A stretch of 64,000 nucleotides of DNA from Candidatus Deferrimicrobiaceae bacterium (GCA_963792415.1 CAWBVY010000010.1:65751-129750); one strand, 5' to 3'; shown: positions 28,019 through 37,784, counted from the stretch's first letter. Numbers and translations are program-made. Notes: a model not told the origin generated them from the sequence alone.

Positions 28019-29173
28019 CTATTCCGCCGTCGCGGCAACCTTCACCGCGTCGCCCTCCGATAGCAGGTACGCGCCGCGGGTGACCACCGTCTCCCCGGAA
28101 CGCAGGCCCGAGGGGATCTCGACGAGGTCCCCCTGGACCGTTCCCGTCGTCACCCCCCGGCGGCGCGCGACGTTGTTGTCGACGACGAAGACCTCCCCCT
28201 TCCGGGCGGCCACGTTCCAGGACAGAAGCGCCGTCCGCGGGACCTGGACGACCCCCTTCCGGACGCCGGTCGAGATCCTCCCCTTCACGAACAGTCCTCC
28301 CTTGAGGACCTCCGGAACGTTGGGCACCTCGACGATCACGCGTACCGAGCGGTCGGCGGGGCTGACCGACGGGTTGATGTGGGCGACCTTTCCTTCGAAC
28401 TCCCTGCCGGGGAACGCGTCGGTGGAAAACCGCACCGGCTGCCCCACGCGCAGGGCGGCCATCTCCGTGGAAGGCACGCTCACGGTGAGCTCGAGGAGCC
28501 GGTTGTCCACGAGGCGGAAGACCACCTTCTGCATCTCGCCCACCAGGTCCCCCACGCTCACCAGCCGCTCCGCCACCGTCCCGTCGAAGGGGGAGCGGAT
28601 CACCGCCTTGGAAAGGCGCGTCGTCGCGTAGGCGACGTCCTCCCCGGCGACCGCGACCTGGGCTTTGGCCGCGGCGATCCGGGCCGCCGCCGCCTCCTTT
28701 TGCGTCCGCGCGTCGTCCATCGCCTGCCGCGTGAGCAGCCCGGACTCCAGCAGCTTGACCGCCCGGTCGTACTCCCGGTCGGCGCGCGCGACGGCCGCCT
28801 CGGCCTCCAGCTGCCCTGCGTTCGCCATCTCGAGGGCCGCCTTCGCCTTGAGGAGGAGGACCTCCCCCTCCCTCGTATCCACCCTGAGCAGGGGATCGCC
28901 CTTGCGCACCTTCGCCCAGTCGTTCACGTAGACCTGCACCACCACGCCCCCGTACTCCGGCTTGATCTCCGCCCGATACTTCGGCGACAAGGTCCCGATG
29001 ACCTCGATCCCCTCGCTGACATCCCCCGTCGCGGCGATCAAAGCGTCCACGGAAACGGCGGGTTTTCCCGCCGGCGGAATTCCCGCCTTCCCATCCCCCT
29101 CCTTCGGGGAGCAGCCGGCCGCGACGAGAAATACGGCGAGGGCGGCGGCCCCGAGGGCGAATCTGCGGTTCAT
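28019..29173 (-). CDS. RND membrane-fusion (periplasmic adaptor) lipoprotein
   Basis: MNRRF..LVAAGC lipobox, VRKGDPL, IRSPFDGTV. Confidence 0.93.
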   Translation of the reverse strand: MNRRFALGAAALAVFLVAAGCSPKEGDGKAGIPPAGKPAVSVDALIAATGDVSEGIEVIGTLSPKYRAEIKPEYGGVVVQVYVNDWAKVRKGDPLLRVDTREGEVLLLKAKAALEMANAGQLEAEAAVARADREYDRAVKLLESGLLTRQAMDDARTQKEAAAARIAAAKAQVAVAGEDVAYATTRLSKAVIRSPFDGTVAERLVSVGDLVGEMQKVVFRLVDNRLLELTVSVPSTEMAALRVGQPVRFSTDAFPGREFEGKVAHINPSVSPADRSVRVIVEVPNVPEVLKGGLFVKGRISTGVRKGVVQVPRTALLSWNVAARKGEVFVVDNNVARRRGVTTGTVQGDLVEIPSGLRSGETVVTRGAYLLSEGDAVKVAATAE

Positions 29174-29838
29174 CGCTTCCTCTCCTTTTCCCCACTGTCG
29201 TTCCGGGTCGTCGCGATCCCTTCGAGAACGAGGTCGAGTACGCGCCGGACGCCGTCCCGCCCGAGACTCTGCTTCGGGTGGCACAACTCCACCTCCATCG
29301 CCACGTTGACCGGCCCGATGACGGCCCACATCGCGTCGTTTAGATCCACGTCCCGGAACGCGCCGTCCCGGATTCCTTCCCGGAGGACCTGGAGCACCGC
29401 CTCCTGGAATCGGTGGTGGTACGCGTCGAAGTCGACGAACGGCGCGCCCTGCGGCGGGCCGTAATAGATGGAGTACATCACCCTGGCGGCGTCGAGGTTC
29501 TCGACGAAGATGTCGTACGCACGGAGGCACAGCCCGAACAGGCGCTCCCTGGCCGGGACGGCCGGATGAAGCGCCTCCTCGACGAGCGCGGCGAACTTGC
29601 TGAACGGCTCCCGCATCAGGTCGAGGTAGATCCCCTCCTTGCTGCCGAAGTAGTAGTACAGGACCGGCTTGGTCACGCCCGCCCGCTCGACAATTTCGCG
29701 GACGGTCGCGGCGGCGTACCCTTTCGTGGCGAACAGTTCGGTCGCCCCGGACAGGAGGCGTTCCCTGGCGTCGCCGCCCGCCTCGGCCTCCTTCCGCTCC
29801 CTTCTCGCCATCCCGCCCTCCTGCCGTCTTTCCGTCAT
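29170..29838 (-). CDS. TetR-family transcriptional regulator
   Basis: LFATKGYAAATVREIVERAGVTKPVLYYYFGSKEGI. Confidence 0.95.
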   Translation of the reverse strand: MTERRQEGGMARRERKEAEAGGDARERLLSGATELFATKGYAAATVREIVERAGVTKPVLYYYFGSKEGIYLDLMREPFSKFAALVEEALHPAVPARERLFGLCLRAYDIFVENLDAARVMYSIYYGPPQGAPFVDFDAYHHRFQEAVLQVLREGIRDGAFRDVDLNDAMWAVIGPVNVAMEVELCHPKQSLGRDGVRRVLDLVLEGIATTRNDSGEKERKR

Positions 29839-29844
29839 CGTGCC

Positions 29845-29909
29845 TACCTACCGGTAAGTATACGGACATGCCAAACCGTGTCAACGGGAAATTTACCGAT
29901 CGGTAAGTA
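29845..29909. promoter_or_regulatory. Two putative TetR operators flanking the promoter
   Basis: TACCTACCGGTAAGTA (29845-29860) and TACCGATCGGTAAGTA (29894-29909; palindrome TTACCGATCGGTAA). The minus-strand TTGACA..TATACT lies between them. Confidence 0.75.
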
Positions 29910-29941
29910 AGGAAGAAGGCGCCTCCGGGACACACTGTTCG

Positions 29942-30110
29942 GCTGTGCCCCCCGTTCCTCCTATTCTGGGGGTACCCCAGCAGCGCGAAGCTCGTACTGG
30001 GGCGCCGCCTCGGAGGGCGGGGCTCCGTTCGTGGCTCGCCGTGCGATGAACCTGCACGGCTGCGCTTTACCTCACTTCGCCCCCCCTCCTGCGGCGGCTC
30101 CGCCGGGCCC
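29942..30110. repeat. Dispersed structured repeat, copy 2 of 3
   Basis: Aligns with 1576-1747 over ~170 nt. Confidence 0.92.
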
Positions 30111-30172
30111 TTTCGTTGCGTACGCCTCTGTGCTGCCTGCCCGACACGTTTGCGTGTTTATGAACCGAAGGT

Positions 30173-30592
30173 CTATGCCCCCGCGGCTTTCTTCGCCACG
30201 CGGGCGTTGAACTTCGCGAAGTCGACGGCGAACCGCTCGTGGGTCCCCTTGCCGATGATTTCGACGTCGTCCGAAGCCGTGATGTCCCACACCGACCGGC
30301 GCCCTTCCACCCCGATGCACCGGACGCGGACCGTCACGGTCATCCCGGGCGGGGTCGCCGCGGTGTGCGTCACGTTGACGAGCGTCCCGACGCTCCCCTC
30401 CCCCGGCTCCATGTGCGGCGCCATCGCCTCGATGCACGCCCACTCCATGAGCCCGACCATGTAGCCGGTGGCGAACACCCTCGGCATCTCCTGGAACGCC
30501 TTCGCCTCGGGATAGAGGTGGGGAACCGTCTTGTTCTCCGGGACGCGGTACGTGTGCACATGCTCCAGCCCGACCTTCAGCGTCTCCTTCAT
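30173..30592 (-). CDS. Hot-dog thioesterase, fluoroacetyl-CoA thioesterase (FlK)-like
   Basis: VFATGYMVGLMEWAC, SVGTLVNVTHTAATPPG, GKGTHER. Confidence 0.9.
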   Translation of the reverse strand: MKETLKVGLEHVHTYRVPENKTVPHLYPEAKAFQEMPRVFATGYMVGLMEWACIEAMAPHMEPGEGSVGTLVNVTHTAATPPGMTVTVRVRCIGVEGRRSVWDITASDDVEIIGKGTHERFAVDFAKFNARVAKKAAGA

Positions 30593-30712
30593 GGGGCCCT
30601 CCTTCGGCGTTTTATCGCTGGAACGGCGACGGCTTCAACTCCTGGCAAAGATAGCCTTTCCGCCACGCCGTTACAATGGTCAGAAAGAATGGAACAGGGA
30701 AGGGAAAAATAT

Positions 30713-30772
30713 TTCCACTTGTTGGAATAGTGGAATTGTTTTATTTGCTTTACAGGGAACAAATGTTATTAT
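30713..30772 (+). promoter_or_regulatory. Putative rpfF promoter with upstream inverted repeat
   Basis: TTCCACT-N9-AGTGGAA (30713-30735), then TTGCTT-N16-TATTAT with an extended TGn, in an AT-rich island. Confidence 0.5.
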
Positions 30773-30818
30773 CCGCTTCACCGCGATCAAATAAAAATCT
30801 TGCTTTAGGAAAAAGGAA

Positions 30819-31733
30819 TTGCGGGACACCATGAATGTAATGCCTTCATGTATGGCCAATGACTCCTCGAAATATCGGCATCTCTCCACCCAGTTCGAGC
30901 CGCAATACGGGGCCTTCTGGCTGATCCTCGATCCGAAGCCCATCCCCTGCGTCTCCCTGGAATTGATCGATGAACTCCGCCGCTTTCACGAGGAGATGAC
31001 GCGGACGTTCGAGGCCCACGACGCCGGGAAGCAGCCGATCCGGTACTTCATCGCGGCATCGAGGTCCCCCGGGGTGTTCAACCTCGGGGGGGACCTGTCC
31101 CTGTTCGCCCGTTGCGTGGAGGAAAAAGACGCGGAGACGCTCCGGGCGTACGCACTGGGATGCATCGAAACCTTATACCCCTACATCATCGGGTTCGACC
31201 GGCCGGTCACCACCATCTCCCTCGTGCAGGGCGACGCCCTCGGCGGCGGCTTCGAGATCGCCCTTGCGGGCAACGTCCTCGTCGCGGAGAAAAGCGCCAA
31301 GATGGGGTTCCCCGAGGTCCTGTTCAACCTCTTTCCCGGGATGGGGGCGTACAACCTGCTCTCCCGGCGGATCGGCATGCAGCGCACGGAGCGGATGCTG
31401 CTGAACGGGAAGGTGTACCCGGCCGAGGAAATGCACGCGGAGGGCGTGGTCGACATCCTGGCGGAGGACGGCCGCGGGGAGAACGCGGTGTACGAGTACA
31501 TCGTCCGGAACGCGAATCGGGAAAACGCCCGCGAAGGGATTCATCGGGTGCGACGCAGGCTGTTCCCCCTTCGTTACGAGGAACTCCTCGACGTGGCGGA
31601 AATCTGGGTCGACACGGCCATGCGGATCGGCCCGCGGGAAATCCGCCTGATGGAGCGGTTGGCCCGGTCCCAGGAAAAACTTTCGCGGCGTGATCCGATA
31701 CCGCTGGTTTTCCCGGGGGGCCGGAGCTTCTGA
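30819..31733 (+). CDS. rpfF: DSF synthase (crotonase family), RpfF-like
   Basis: VFNLGGDLSLF, SLVQGDALGGGFE, MGFPEVLFNLFPGMGAY (both catalytic Glu present), C-terminal MERLARSQ. The true start may be a downstream ATG (30831-30852). Confidence 0.88.
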   Translation: MRDTMNVMPSCMANDSSKYRHLSTQFEPQYGAFWLILDPKPIPCVSLELIDELRRFHEEMTRTFEAHDAGKQPIRYFIAASRSPGVFNLGGDLSLFARCVEEKDAETLRAYALGCIETLYPYIIGFDRPVTTISLVQGDALGGGFEIALAGNVLVAEKSAKMGFPEVLFNLFPGMGAYNLLSRRIGMQRTERMLLNGKVYPAEEMHAEGVVDILAEDGRGENAVYEYIVRNANRENAREGIHRVRRRLFPLRYEELLDVAEIWVDTAMRIGPREIRLMERLARSQEKLSRRDPIPLVFPGGRSF

Positions 31734-31734
31734 G

Positions 31735-34314
31735 TCACGATACCGCGGAGTTCCTTGTCCCGATGTACTCGTCCAGCGCCATCCGCGCCCGGGAGAGTTC
31801 TTCCTTCACCCCTTCGAGGTAGGTTTCCCCGTTCCGTTCCAGTTCCCCCGCGGCGATGCCCGAAAACTGCCCGCATGCCCGCATCAGCGCGAACGCGCCG
31901 ATCTGCCCCGAGTTCCCCTTCAACGCGTGCGCCAGCTCGCGGACCTTTTCGACGTCACGATCCGCCACGGCCCGCTCGAGCCCCCGGACCTTCTCCTTCG
32001 ATCCCTTGAGGAAGGTCCACGCCAGTCGAACCACGAAGTCGCTGTTTCCGCCGAGGTCCGACAGTTCCTGAAGATACCGCGGGTCGAGGCATGGGGGTTC
32101 CTCCGCCACCCCGGACGCCGATGCCGCCGTCTCCCCCCCCTCCGGGGCGCCCTCCTCCGGGCTCCTCCCCACGGCGGCGGCGCCGGGAACCAGCAATTCG
32201 AAGAGGTCGAACAGCTTCCGCGTGTCGATGGGCTTGGTGAGGCACGCGTCCATCCCCGCTTCTTTGCACTCCGCCCGCGCCTCCTGCGTCGCGTCCGCCG
32301 TGAGCGCCACGATCGGCATCCGCGGAGAGCCCGGCGACAAAAACCGATACAGTTTCGCCGCCTCGACGCCTCCCATCACCGGCATGTGGAGGTCGAGAAG
32401 CGCGATGTCGTACGTCTCGGCCTTCAGGGCGTCGAGGAACTCCTCCCCGTTCGCCACGATCCTGAAGTCGTGCCCTCCCCGCTCCAGCATCTTGCCGATC
32501 ACCATCTGGTTCGTCCGGTTGTCTTCGGCCACCAGAACGCGCAGCTTCCGTCCACCCTCGCTCTTCCGCCGGTGCTTCTCCGCGAGATTTCCCACCGAAG
32601 GCTGGGCCTCCGCGGTCGCGACGCGCGATAGATGCAGGGCGTTGAAGAGCATCCTCTTGTCGACCGGCGGCGGAATGGCGGCGCTGTAGCCTTCCGACGC
32701 GACAGGCTCCCCGCCGTCTTCCCCCCGGGCCACGAGGATGAGCCGGCTCTCGTGGATCGTGGAATCGGAATGGACGGCGCGGGCGAACCCGGCCGCATCC
32801 ATGTCCAGGCCCTCCCCGACGGCGAGAATGAAGTCGAAGGGGGTTCCCGCGTTCGAGGATCCGACGATCCGGGCGAACGCCTGGACGGACTTGTCCACCG
32901 TTGTGACATGGACCCCCCACCCCGAAAGGTGCGATTGGAGGGACGCTGCCGTTTCGGGATCCGGCGAGAGGACGAGAGCGCGCCGGTCCGAGAGCGCCGC
33001 CACGAACGCAGCCCGATCCTCCTCCCGGCTCAGCTTCCCCAGTTCGACGGTGAACCAGAAGGTGCTGCCACGGCCCGGTTCGCTCCGGACCCCGATCGTG
33101 CCGCCCATCATCTCGACGATCTCCTTCGAGATCGTCGTCCCCAACCCCGTCCCGCCGAACCGCCGCGTGATCGACTCGTCCGCCTGGGTGAACCGATCGA
33201 AGATGCGCTTCTGCGACTCGGCGGAGATGCCGATGCCGGTATCCATCACCTCGAAGCGCAGCGTTGCGTGCCTCGACGTCTCCGACTCGAGGGTGACGTG
33301 AACCCCCACTTCCCCCTTTTCGGTGAACTTCACGGCATTCCCGAGCAGGTTCAACAGCACCTGCCGCAGCAGCAGCGCATCCCCGCGCAGGAGAAACGGG
33401 ACGCTGGGGGGAACGCGCAGGAAGGTGGCGAGACCTTTCGACAGCGCCTGGGGCTGGATGATGGCGACCGTGTTCTTCAACATCGCGTACAGGTCGAAGT
33501 CCGACGCCTCGACGGTAACTTTCCCGGCCTCGATCTTCGAGAGGTCGAGGACATCCTGCATCAGGAACAGGAGGGTGTGCGCCGAGGTGTCGATCGTCGC
33601 CGTCAGTTCCTCCTGCTCCGCCGAAAGCGGCGTCCCGCGCAACAGGTCCAGCATCCCGATGATCCCGCTGAGCGGGGTTCGCATCTCGTGGCTCATGTTC
33701 GCCAGGAACCGGCTCTTCGCGCGGTTCGCCTCCTCGGCGCGCTTCCCCGCGATCGTGAGATTCTTCAGGAGGGCGGAGATGTACAGCGGAAGCATGACGA
33801 GGCCGGCCTGCAGCCCGATCGCCAGTGGGATCTTGTCGCTCCAGTAGGGGTTCTCGAAGATGGCAACGCCGAAGGACACCGTCCCGACGACGCTGGAAAT
33901 GAAGAGGTATTTTCTTCCGTAGCGGAATCCGTTTCCGAAGATCACCCACAGCATGATCACGTAGAGGGGCGCCCCCGCGTGACCCACCACGGAGATGCCG
34001 TACCCCGCGAGACAAAGGTCTCCGAGGATCCCGAGGAGTCGCCGGAAGGGGGAGATCCCCCGGGCAACGGTGATCCGGAAGAAAAGGGCGAGGGAAAAGA
34101 GGGGATAGATCCACGCGACCAGGAAGAGACGCGACTCTTCCGGCGTGAGGGGCCTCCCGAGGGATTTGATCCAGTACAGCACCAGGTAAATGTAGGTGGC
34201 GGTGGTCAGGACGACGCGGATCAGCGCCTGTTCGTGCTCGGAGTCTGGCCGATGGGAGAGGGTCTCCCAGGCCTGCCGAACCTGTCCCTTTGCCAGCAAC
34301 GACCAGAACTTCAC
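31735..34314 (-). CDS. rpfC: RpfC-like hybrid sensor kinase (TM-HisKA-HATPase-pseudoREC-REC-HPt)
   Basis: N-terminal RPDSEHEQALIR, LWVIFGNGFRYG, FLANMSHEMRTPL, LLDLHMP, AHALKGNSGQIGA. Convergent with rpfF (1-nt gap). GTG start at 34314 preferred. Confidence 0.85.
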   Translation of the reverse strand: MKFWSLLAKGQVRQAWETLSHRPDSEHEQALIRVVLTTATYIYLVLYWIKSLGRPLTPEESRLFLVAWIYPLFSLALFFRITVARGISPFRRLLGILGDLCLAGYGISVVGHAGAPLYVIMLWVIFGNGFRYGRKYLFISSVVGTVSFGVAIFENPYWSDKIPLAIGLQAGLVMLPLYISALLKNLTIAGKRAEEANRAKSRFLANMSHEMRTPLSGIIGMLDLLRGTPLSAEQEELTATIDTSAHTLLFLMQDVLDLSKIEAGKVTVEASDFDLYAMLKNTVAIIQPQALSKGLATFLRVPPSVPFLLRGDALLLRQVLLNLLGNAVKFTEKGEVGVHVTLESETSRHATLRFEVMDTGIGISAESQKRIFDRFTQADESITRRFGGTGLGTTISKEIVEMMGGTIGVRSEPGRGSTFWFTVELGKLSREEDRAAFVAALSDRRALVLSPDPETAASLQSHLSGWGVHVTTVDKSVQAFARIVGSSNAGTPFDFILAVGEGLDMDAAGFARAVHSDSTIHESRLILVARGEDGGEPVASEGYSAAIPPPVDKRMLFNALHLSRVATAEAQPSVGNLAEKHRRKSEGGRKLRVLVAEDNRTNQMVIGKMLERGGHDFRIVANGEEFLDALKAETYDIALLDLHMPVMGGVEAAKLYRFLSPGSPRMPIVALTADATQEARAECKEAGMDACLTKPIDTRKLFDLFELLVPGAAAVGRSPEEGAPEGGETAASASGVAEEPPCLDPRYLQELSDLGGNSDFVVRLAWTFLKGSKEKVRGLERAVADRDVEKVRELAHALKGNSGQIGAFALMRACGQFSGIAAGELERNGETYLEGVKEELSRARMALDEYIGTRNSAVS

Positions 34315-34361
34315 GATCCGCCCCCGGCGCGCACGCAACCCGTTTTTCGCCGCCGGGGATC

Positions 34362-34389
34362 CTTTCGGCAACGGGATCCATAAACTTCA
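34362..34389 (-). promoter_or_regulatory. sigma28-like promoter upstream of rpfC
   Basis: Minus strand TGAAGTTT-N12-GCCGAAAG, with the same spacing as the flgM promoter. Confidence 0.5.
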
Positions 34390-34468
34390 CGGGAATATGA
34401 GCAAATTACCGGATCGACACGGAAATCGGAGGAACCGGAAACGGGGCTCCGGCTCGGGAAGCGGGACG

Positions 34469-36844
34469 CTACTCGACCCGGAGGCCTTCCGTCGTCTTCC
34501 GGACCTTCAGGGGTCTTCCGGAGGCGGCCCTGCGCGCGAGCTCCCCCTCGGCGCTCATCGCCCCGATCGGCGCCCGGATCCAGCGGTCCACGGCCCGGGC
34601 GAGCTCCCGGACGCCGTACTGCGGCTGGTATCCTTCCGCGGCCAGCCAATCGACGGCCTCCGCGTCGATTTCGAGCGTCACCCCGTGGTCGGCGAGAAGG
34701 CTCTCCGACAGCTCGGCGATCCGGAGCGCCAGCACCTTCCGGACGTCGTCGGGAGCGAGCGCCCGGAAGACGATCTGCTCGTCCACGCGGTTGAGGAACT
34801 CCGGACGGAACCGGCGCCGGACCTCCGCGAGCGCGGCGCCTTCCGCCGCCACCGCCGCCTCGCCCGCGCGGAACCCCATCTCCTTCCGGACGGGGAGGTT
34901 CCCCGTCATGATGAAGATCGCGTGGCGGGCGTCCGCGGTGTGTCCCTGCGCGTCGGTGATCTTCGCCTCGTCGAACAGCTGCAGGAACAGGTCGAACACC
35001 CGGGGGGACGCCTTTTCGACCTCGTCGAGCAGGACCACCGAATACGGTGTGGTCCGCAGCCGGGCGACGAGCCGGCCCCCCTCCTCGTAGCCGACGTACC
35101 CGGGCGAGGCGCCGATGAGGCGGGAGATGCTGACCTCCTCCTGGTACTCCGACATGTCCAGGTGGATGAACGCCCGTTCGTTGGCGAAGAGGTACGAGGC
35201 GATCCGCCGCGCCACCTCGGTCTTCCCCACCCCGGAGGGACCGAGGAACAGGAAGACGCCCATCGGCCGGCGGCGGTCCCCGAGCCCGGCGTGGGAGAGG
35301 ACGAGGCGGCGGCAGACCCGGGAGATCGCCTCCTCCTGCCCGACGATGTGCCGGTTGAGATGCTCCTCCAGCCCCCGCACCCTGGATTCGGTGATCCCCC
35401 CCAGCCCGCCCCGGGCCACCTCGATCGGGATCCCCATCTTTTCGACCACCGCGCGGGCGGCGTGCTCCGGCGTGACCACGGCGACGCCGACGGCGTCGTA
35501 CCGGTCGGAGTTCGCCGCCATGGAGAGGAGGGGCACCCGGCACTCGGCGCAGGCCCGGTCGAGGAGATCGATCGCCTTGTCCGGGAGGAAGTGCGTCGGG
35601 TCGAATCGCACGGCGAGCTCGACGGTGGCGGACAGCGTCTCGTCCGTGATCGTGACGCCGAAGTGGCGCTCCCGGTGCGCCCGGACCCCCTGCAGGATCT
35701 CCAGCGTCTCGTCCTGCCCGGGCTCGGCGACCTGCACCGGCTGGAACCGGCGCTCCAGCGCCGGGTCCTTCTCGACGCTGTGCCGGTACTCCGTGACCGT
35801 CGTGGCGCCGATGCACCGCAGCTCCCCGCGCGCCAGCGCCGGCTTCATGATGTTCCCCGCGTCCATCGGGGCCCCCTCGGCGCGCCCCGCCCCGGCCACC
35901 GTGTGGAACTCGTCGATGAACAGGATCACCTCCGGGTGCGACCGGACCTCTTCGATCACCCGGGTCAGGCGCTCCTCGAACTCGCCCCGGTACTTCGTCC
36001 CCGCCACCATCTCCGCCATCGACAGCTCGACGAGCCTGCGTCCCGGGAGGAACCGGCGGTCCCGCCCGAGCGCGATCCGCTGCGCCAGCGCCTCGACGAC
36101 GGCGGTCTTCCCGACCCCCGCCTCCCCCACGAGGACGGGATTGTTCTTCGTGGGCATCATGAGGACCTTGATGAGCTGGCGAAGGGTCTTCCGGGTCCGG
36201 TCGGAGTCGACGAACGGCAGGAGACGCCCCTCCCGCGCGGCCCGGGTGATGTCGCGGCCGTACCGGTCGAGGAGCGGCGTCTCGGAGGAGAGCGGCTCCG
36301 GGGCGACGGGAAGATCCCCGACCTCCTCGCGGACCGGGATCGGTTCCTGCTCCAGCTCCCTTTCCAGGAGCAGCTTCTCGCGGAGAATGCCCGGGGAGAT
36401 CCCCGCCCCCGCGAGCACCGCGGACACGACCGGGCCCGGGTCCTCGAGAACGGCGGCGAAAAGGTGGCGCACGGCGACCTCCCCCCCGTCTTTGACGATT
36501 TCCCCCGCCCGGCGGAAGTACCGCTTGCATTCCATGCTCCGATGGACCACCCGCTCCGTGTGGACCGTATTCCCCGGCCGCAGGCGGGACCGCACTCCGC
36601 GGCGGATCGACGAAGCGGTGATCTCGAGGGACGCGAGCGCCCGCCGGATCCCGTCCGCCTCCTCCCGGAGGAGATCGACCGGAAGCGCCCCCATCTGGGT
36701 ATAGTCGAGGTATTGCAGGATCTTCCGGAGGCTGCACAGGCCGATCAGGAGGTGCTCCCGCTCGATGAACGGGTGCCGGAGCCGGGCCGCCTCGGCCGCG
36801 CCGATCTCCCATGCCATCCTGGCGGCCTTGGTCAACGTCGCCAT
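34469..36844 (-). CDS. ClpA/ClpC-type AAA+ chaperone
   Basis: Clp N-domain, GEAGVGKT, FIDEFH, GPSGVGKT, LLDEVEKA, MGF (IGF-type) loop; no long M-domain. Confidence 0.92.
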   Translation of the reverse strand: MATLTKAARMAWEIGAAEAARLRHPFIEREHLLIGLCSLRKILQYLDYTQMGALPVDLLREEADGIRRALASLEITASSIRRGVRSRLRPGNTVHTERVVHRSMECKRYFRRAGEIVKDGGEVAVRHLFAAVLEDPGPVVSAVLAGAGISPGILREKLLLERELEQEPIPVREEVGDLPVAPEPLSSETPLLDRYGRDITRAAREGRLLPFVDSDRTRKTLRQLIKVLMMPTKNNPVLVGEAGVGKTAVVEALAQRIALGRDRRFLPGRRLVELSMAEMVAGTKYRGEFEERLTRVIEEVRSHPEVILFIDEFHTVAGAGRAEGAPMDAGNIMKPALARGELRCIGATTVTEYRHSVEKDPALERRFQPVQVAEPGQDETLEILQGVRAHRERHFGVTITDETLSATVELAVRFDPTHFLPDKAIDLLDRACAECRVPLLSMAANSDRYDAVGVAVVTPEHAARAVVEKMGIPIEVARGGLGGITESRVRGLEEHLNRHIVGQEEAISRVCRRLVLSHAGLGDRRRPMGVFLFLGPSGVGKTEVARRIASYLFANERAFIHLDMSEYQEEVSISRLIGASPGYVGYEEGGRLVARLRTTPYSVVLLDEVEKASPRVFDLFLQLFDEAKITDAQGHTADARHAIFIMTGNLPVRKEMGFRAGEAAVAAEGAALAEVRRRFRPEFLNRVDEQIVFRALAPDDVRKVLALRIAELSESLLADHGVTLEIDAEAVDWLAAEGYQPQYGVRELARAVDRWIRAPIGAMSAEGELARRAASGRPLKVRKTTEGLRVE

Positions 36845-36872
36845 GGTCGAAGCACCTCCGTTCCTCCCCCGC

Positions 36873-37784
36873 TCAGACGCGGAATTCGGTGAGGGTTCGG
36901 AACGCCGCGAGGCGGGAGTCGATCTCCTCCCGGGAAAGTCCCTGCAGCCGCTCCGTGCTGAACGCCTCCACGGTGAAGGAGGCGATCGCGCTCCCGTAGA
37001 TCGTGGCCAGGCGGTAATCCATCTCGGTGAGCGCGGCCCCGTCCCGCGAGGCGAGGTATCCCATGAAGCCGCCCGCGAAGCTGTCCCCCGCCCCGGTCGG
37101 GTCGAAGATCGTCTCCAGCGGGTAGGCCGGGGCCGCGAAGATCTCCCCGTCGGACAGGTGGAGGACGCCGTATTCCCCCCGCTTGATCACGACGCGCCCC
37201 GGCCCCATGCGCATCAGCTTCCGGGCCGCCTTGACCAGGTTGAACTCGCCCGTCAACTCCCGGATCTCCGCCTCGTTGATGACGACGATGTCGACGTTCC
37301 GGATCACTTCCCGCAGCAGCTGCGGGCTCTTTTCGATCCAGAAGTTCATCGTGTCGAGCGCCACGATCTTCGGTTCGCGCACCTGGGCCAGGATGTCCAG
37401 CTGCAGTCTCGGATCGATGTTCCCGAGGAAGACGTGGCTGGATTCGCGGTACGCCGCCGGAAGGACGGGGGCGAAATTCTCGAACACGTTCAGGTCCGTC
37501 TTCACCGTGTGGGCGACGTTCAGGTCGTATTCGTAATACCCCTTCCAGTGGAAGGTCATCCCCTCCGCGACCTTCAACCCCTGGAGGTCGATCCCCCGGG
37601 CGGAGAGCATGTCGAGCGTTTCCTTCGGGAAATCCCTTCCCACGACCGAGACGAGGCGCACGGGCGTCAGGTAGCTCGCCGCGAGGGAAAAGTAGGTCGC
37701 CGACCCGCCGATCACCCGCTCCACCTCGCCGAACGGCGACTTGATGCTGTCGAACGCCATCGATCCGACGACCAGAAGGCTCAT
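36873..37784 (-). CDS. PfkB-family sugar/nucleoside kinase
   Basis: GGSATY, KRGEYG, DPTGAGDSFAGG. Confidence 0.93.
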   Translation of the reverse strand: MSLLVVGSMAFDSIKSPFGEVERVIGGSATYFSLAASYLTPVRLVSVVGRDFPKETLDMLSARGIDLQGLKVAEGMTFHWKGYYEYDLNVAHTVKTDLNVFENFAPVLPAAYRESSHVFLGNIDPRLQLDILAQVREPKIVALDTMNFWIEKSPQLLREVIRNVDIVVINEAEIRELTGEFNLVKAARKLMRMGPGRVVIKRGEYGVLHLSDGEIFAAPAYPLETIFDPTGAGDSFAGGFMGYLASRDGAALTEMDYRLATIYGSAIASFTVEAFSTERLQGLSREEIDSRLAAFRTLTEFRV

